Below, piece by piece: positions 62,314 to 64,000 of a stretch of 64,000 bases of DNA. The notes beneath the pieces were generated by a model. It was not told the origin of the DNA and ran no database searches. It saw nothing but the letters and a program-made list of their open reading frames with translations. Both the position numbers and the translations under genes were made by a program. The DNA comes from Nitrososphaerota archaeon (GTDB taxonomy: Archaea > Thermoproteota > Nitrososphaeria > Nitrososphaerales > Gagatemarchaeaceae), in contig DAHVLJ010000005.1 of the NCBI GenBank assembly GCA_027320425.1, forward strand, positions 22,832-86,831, given 5' to 3'. Each line of letters opens with the position of its first letter. Positions within the stretch are counted from its first letter, which is position 1.

Positions 62314-63483
62314 ATGTCGAAGCCGATTACGAGTTTCGAGGACTTCGTAAGGCGCATAATCACTGTCGTATTCTGGATTGCGCTCGTCGCAGTGGTGGTC
62401 ATCCTCCCGATCTACTACCTCCTCGACGCCGAGCTCCACTTCCCCTTCGACATCATACACCTGGCGATAAACCCCAATCTGATGATTGCCTTCCAGCTTA
62501 ACCTCCTCGCCACCGAGCCGTTCCACACCCTCTTCGCTCTGACCGTGTTTCCAGGGTTCACCTTCGTGGCGGTCTACGGGACGATATTCATGGGGTGGGT
62601 GGAGAGGAAGATGACCGCAAAGATCCAGCTCAGGACGGGACCGATGTACGCAGGGAGGTTCGAGGGCATACTCCAGAACATAGCTGACTTCTTCAAGTTG
62701 GCGTTCAAGGAGATAGTGATTCCAAACGGCGTCGACAGGGCCACCTTCGTCGCCGTCCCGTTCGCACTGATGGCCGTGGCTGGAGCGCTGGTCGCGCTGG
62801 TCCCGCTCTCTACGACGACCTACATCGCCGACCCATCGGTCGGAGCCGTTCTCGTCTTTGCCATCCTCGGTTTCACGCCCGTCATCGTCCTGCTCGCGGG
62901 GTGGGCCAGCAACAGCAAGTACCCGTTCCTAGGCGGGCTCAGAGCCCTTCATCAGATGGTCGCCTACGAAGTCCCGATGATCCTCTCGCTCGTCGGCGCG
63001 GTGGTGCTCGCCGGGTCCTTGAACCTCATGAACATCGTCCAGGCGCAGACGGGCTTCTGGTACATACTCGTTCAGCCGCTGGGGGCCATAGTCTTCTTCA
63101 TCGCCGCCCTCGCAGAGCTGGAGAGGATTCCGTTCGACCTCCCTGAGGCCGACAGCGAGCTGGTCGCAGGGTGGCAGACGGAGTACACCAGCATGCTGTT
63201 CGGGACCTTCCAACTGGCGAACTTCTCAAGGATGTATATCATGGCCGGCCTCTTCACCACGTTCTTCCTGGGAGGGTGGCTGGGCCCCTCGCCGGTCCCG
63301 CCCGAAGTGTGGTTCATCATCAAAGTGACCGCGGTGATGGTCATGATGATGCTCCCAAGGTCCATCATGCCCAGGCTCAGGATAGACATGCTGCTCAGGG
63401 CAGGCTGGGTAAAGCTGCTGGCCCTCGCGTTCGCCAACATCTTCCTCACGATGATCATCGTGTCTCTGGGAGTGGTGCATTAG
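62314..63483 (+). CDS. nuoH: NADH-quinone oxidoreductase subunit H
   Basis: GWASNSKYPFLGGLRALHQMVAYEV and AELERIPFDLPEADSELVAG. Confidence 0.92.
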   Translation: MSKPITSFEDFVRRIITVVFWIALVAVVVILPIYYLLDAELHFPFDIIHLAINPNLMIAFQLNLLATEPFHTLFALTVFPGFTFVAVYGTIFMGWVERKMTAKIQLRTGPMYAGRFEGILQNIADFFKLAFKEIVIPNGVDRATFVAVPFALMAVAGALVALVPLSTTTYIADPSVGAVLVFAILGFTPVIVLLAGWASNSKYPFLGGLRALHQMVAYEVPMILSLVGAVVLAGSLNLMNIVQAQTGFWYILVQPLGAIVFFIAALAELERIPFDLPEADSELVAGWQTEYTSMLFGTFQLANFSRMYIMAGLFTTFFLGGWLGPSPVPPEVWFIIKVTAVMVMMMLPRSIMPRLRIDMLLRAGWVKLLALAFANIFLTMIIVSLGVVH

Positions 63484-63484
63484 C

Positions 63485-64000
63485 GTGGGGACCTTGAGCT
63501 ACCTCAAGGGCGTGTTCGTCGCCACATGGTCCGGGGTCAGACACCTCTTCCGCCCCAGGATGACGCTGAAGTATCCTGAGCAGAAGCTGGACCTCGAGGG
63601 ACCCGGCTACAGGTATGACCCGAAGCAGGGGGTGGGCCTGCCTGGGTTCAAGGGACGCCACATCCTGTCATTCGAAAAGTGCACAGGGTGCCAGCTCTGC
63701 GCCATCGCCTGCGACGGCATAGCGGTTGCCATAGACATGCAGAAGGTCCCGAAGGGGAAGCCGCAGAACAAGAAAGACATCTTCCCCGCGGTCGACTACG
63801 GCAGGTGTGTGTTCTGCGGGCTCTGCGTGGACGCCTGCCCGTTCGACGCCCTCGACATGACGAACGACTACGAGCTGTCCGCATACGACAAGATGGGCCT
63901 GAAGTACACGCCGGACATGCTGGCCGTCCCGCCTAAGCTCGAAGGGAAGAAGTACAAGGTCGAGTTCGACACAGAGAAGGGAGTGGTAAGGTACGGCTGA
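63485..64000 (+). CDS. nuoI: NADH-quinone oxidoreductase subunit I
   Basis: Two 4Fe-4S motifs, CTGCQLCAIACDG and CVFCGLCVDACPF. The TGA stop is the last codon of the window. Confidence 0.9.
   Translation: MGTLSYLKGVFVATWSGVRHLFRPRMTLKYPEQKLDLEGPGYRYDPKQGVGLPGFKGRHILSFEKCTGCQLCAIACDGIAVAIDMQKVPKGKPQNKKDIFPAVDYGRCVFCGLCVDACPFDALDMTNDYELSAYDKMGLKYTPDMLAVPPKLEGKKYKVEFDTEKGVVRYG

Noticed and set aside
1-64000. Search for CRISPR arrays, transposases, integrases, toxin-antitoxin pairs or known defence genes
   Set aside because: None recognised by eye. There are no regularly spaced direct repeats, and every large ORF is explained by housekeeping, envelope or redox functions.

Overview
Visibly GC-rich, densely packed archaeal chromosomal segment with about 75 protein genes on both strands and 6 tRNA genes. 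I saw no rRNA, no CRISPR array, and no recognisable transposase, integrase or prophage. Archaeal identity rests on the P1 stalk protein, aIF2-beta, SUI1, Rio1 plus a KH (Dim2-like) protein, topoisomerase VI B/A, bulge-helix-bulge tRNA introns, and TATA-like boxes about 25-35 nt upstream of many start codons. Some genes look leaderless and others have GGAGG/GTGATC-type SD sites. Most content is housekeeping: AlaRS-LeuRS, MetRS, OTCase, two phosphohexomutases flanking ThiL, a fumarase/aspartase-family lyase, IscA, split glycine-cleavage P protein, a SAH-hydrolase/MTAP/APRT salvage operon, GrpE-DnaK-DnaJ, TrxB, inositol-3-phosphate synthase and NuoH/NuoI. There are also envelope, glycosylation and redox genes: an AglH-like GT4, WbpB/WbpD-like enzymes, DUF354, a blue copper protein and three Rieske-domain proteins. 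Three features suggest a TACK/Thaumarchaeota-like heterotroph, as inference only: the divergent FtsZ, the PEF-type C-terminal anchor on the cupredoxin, and multiple non-canonical tRNA introns. The strongest candidates for something new are: (1) a three-gene module at 32.2-33.4 kb encoding a 158-aa mini cytochrome-b-like protein with two H-x13-H pairs, translationally coupled to a TAT-Rieske protein; (2) tRNA-Met with two introns and tRNA-Thr with a T-loop intron; (3) an FtsZ homologue with degenerate T1/T3/T7 loops; (4) a 558-aa type-I membrane protein with ribophorin-I-like architecture. All functional calls come from motif recognition by eye. No database search was run.
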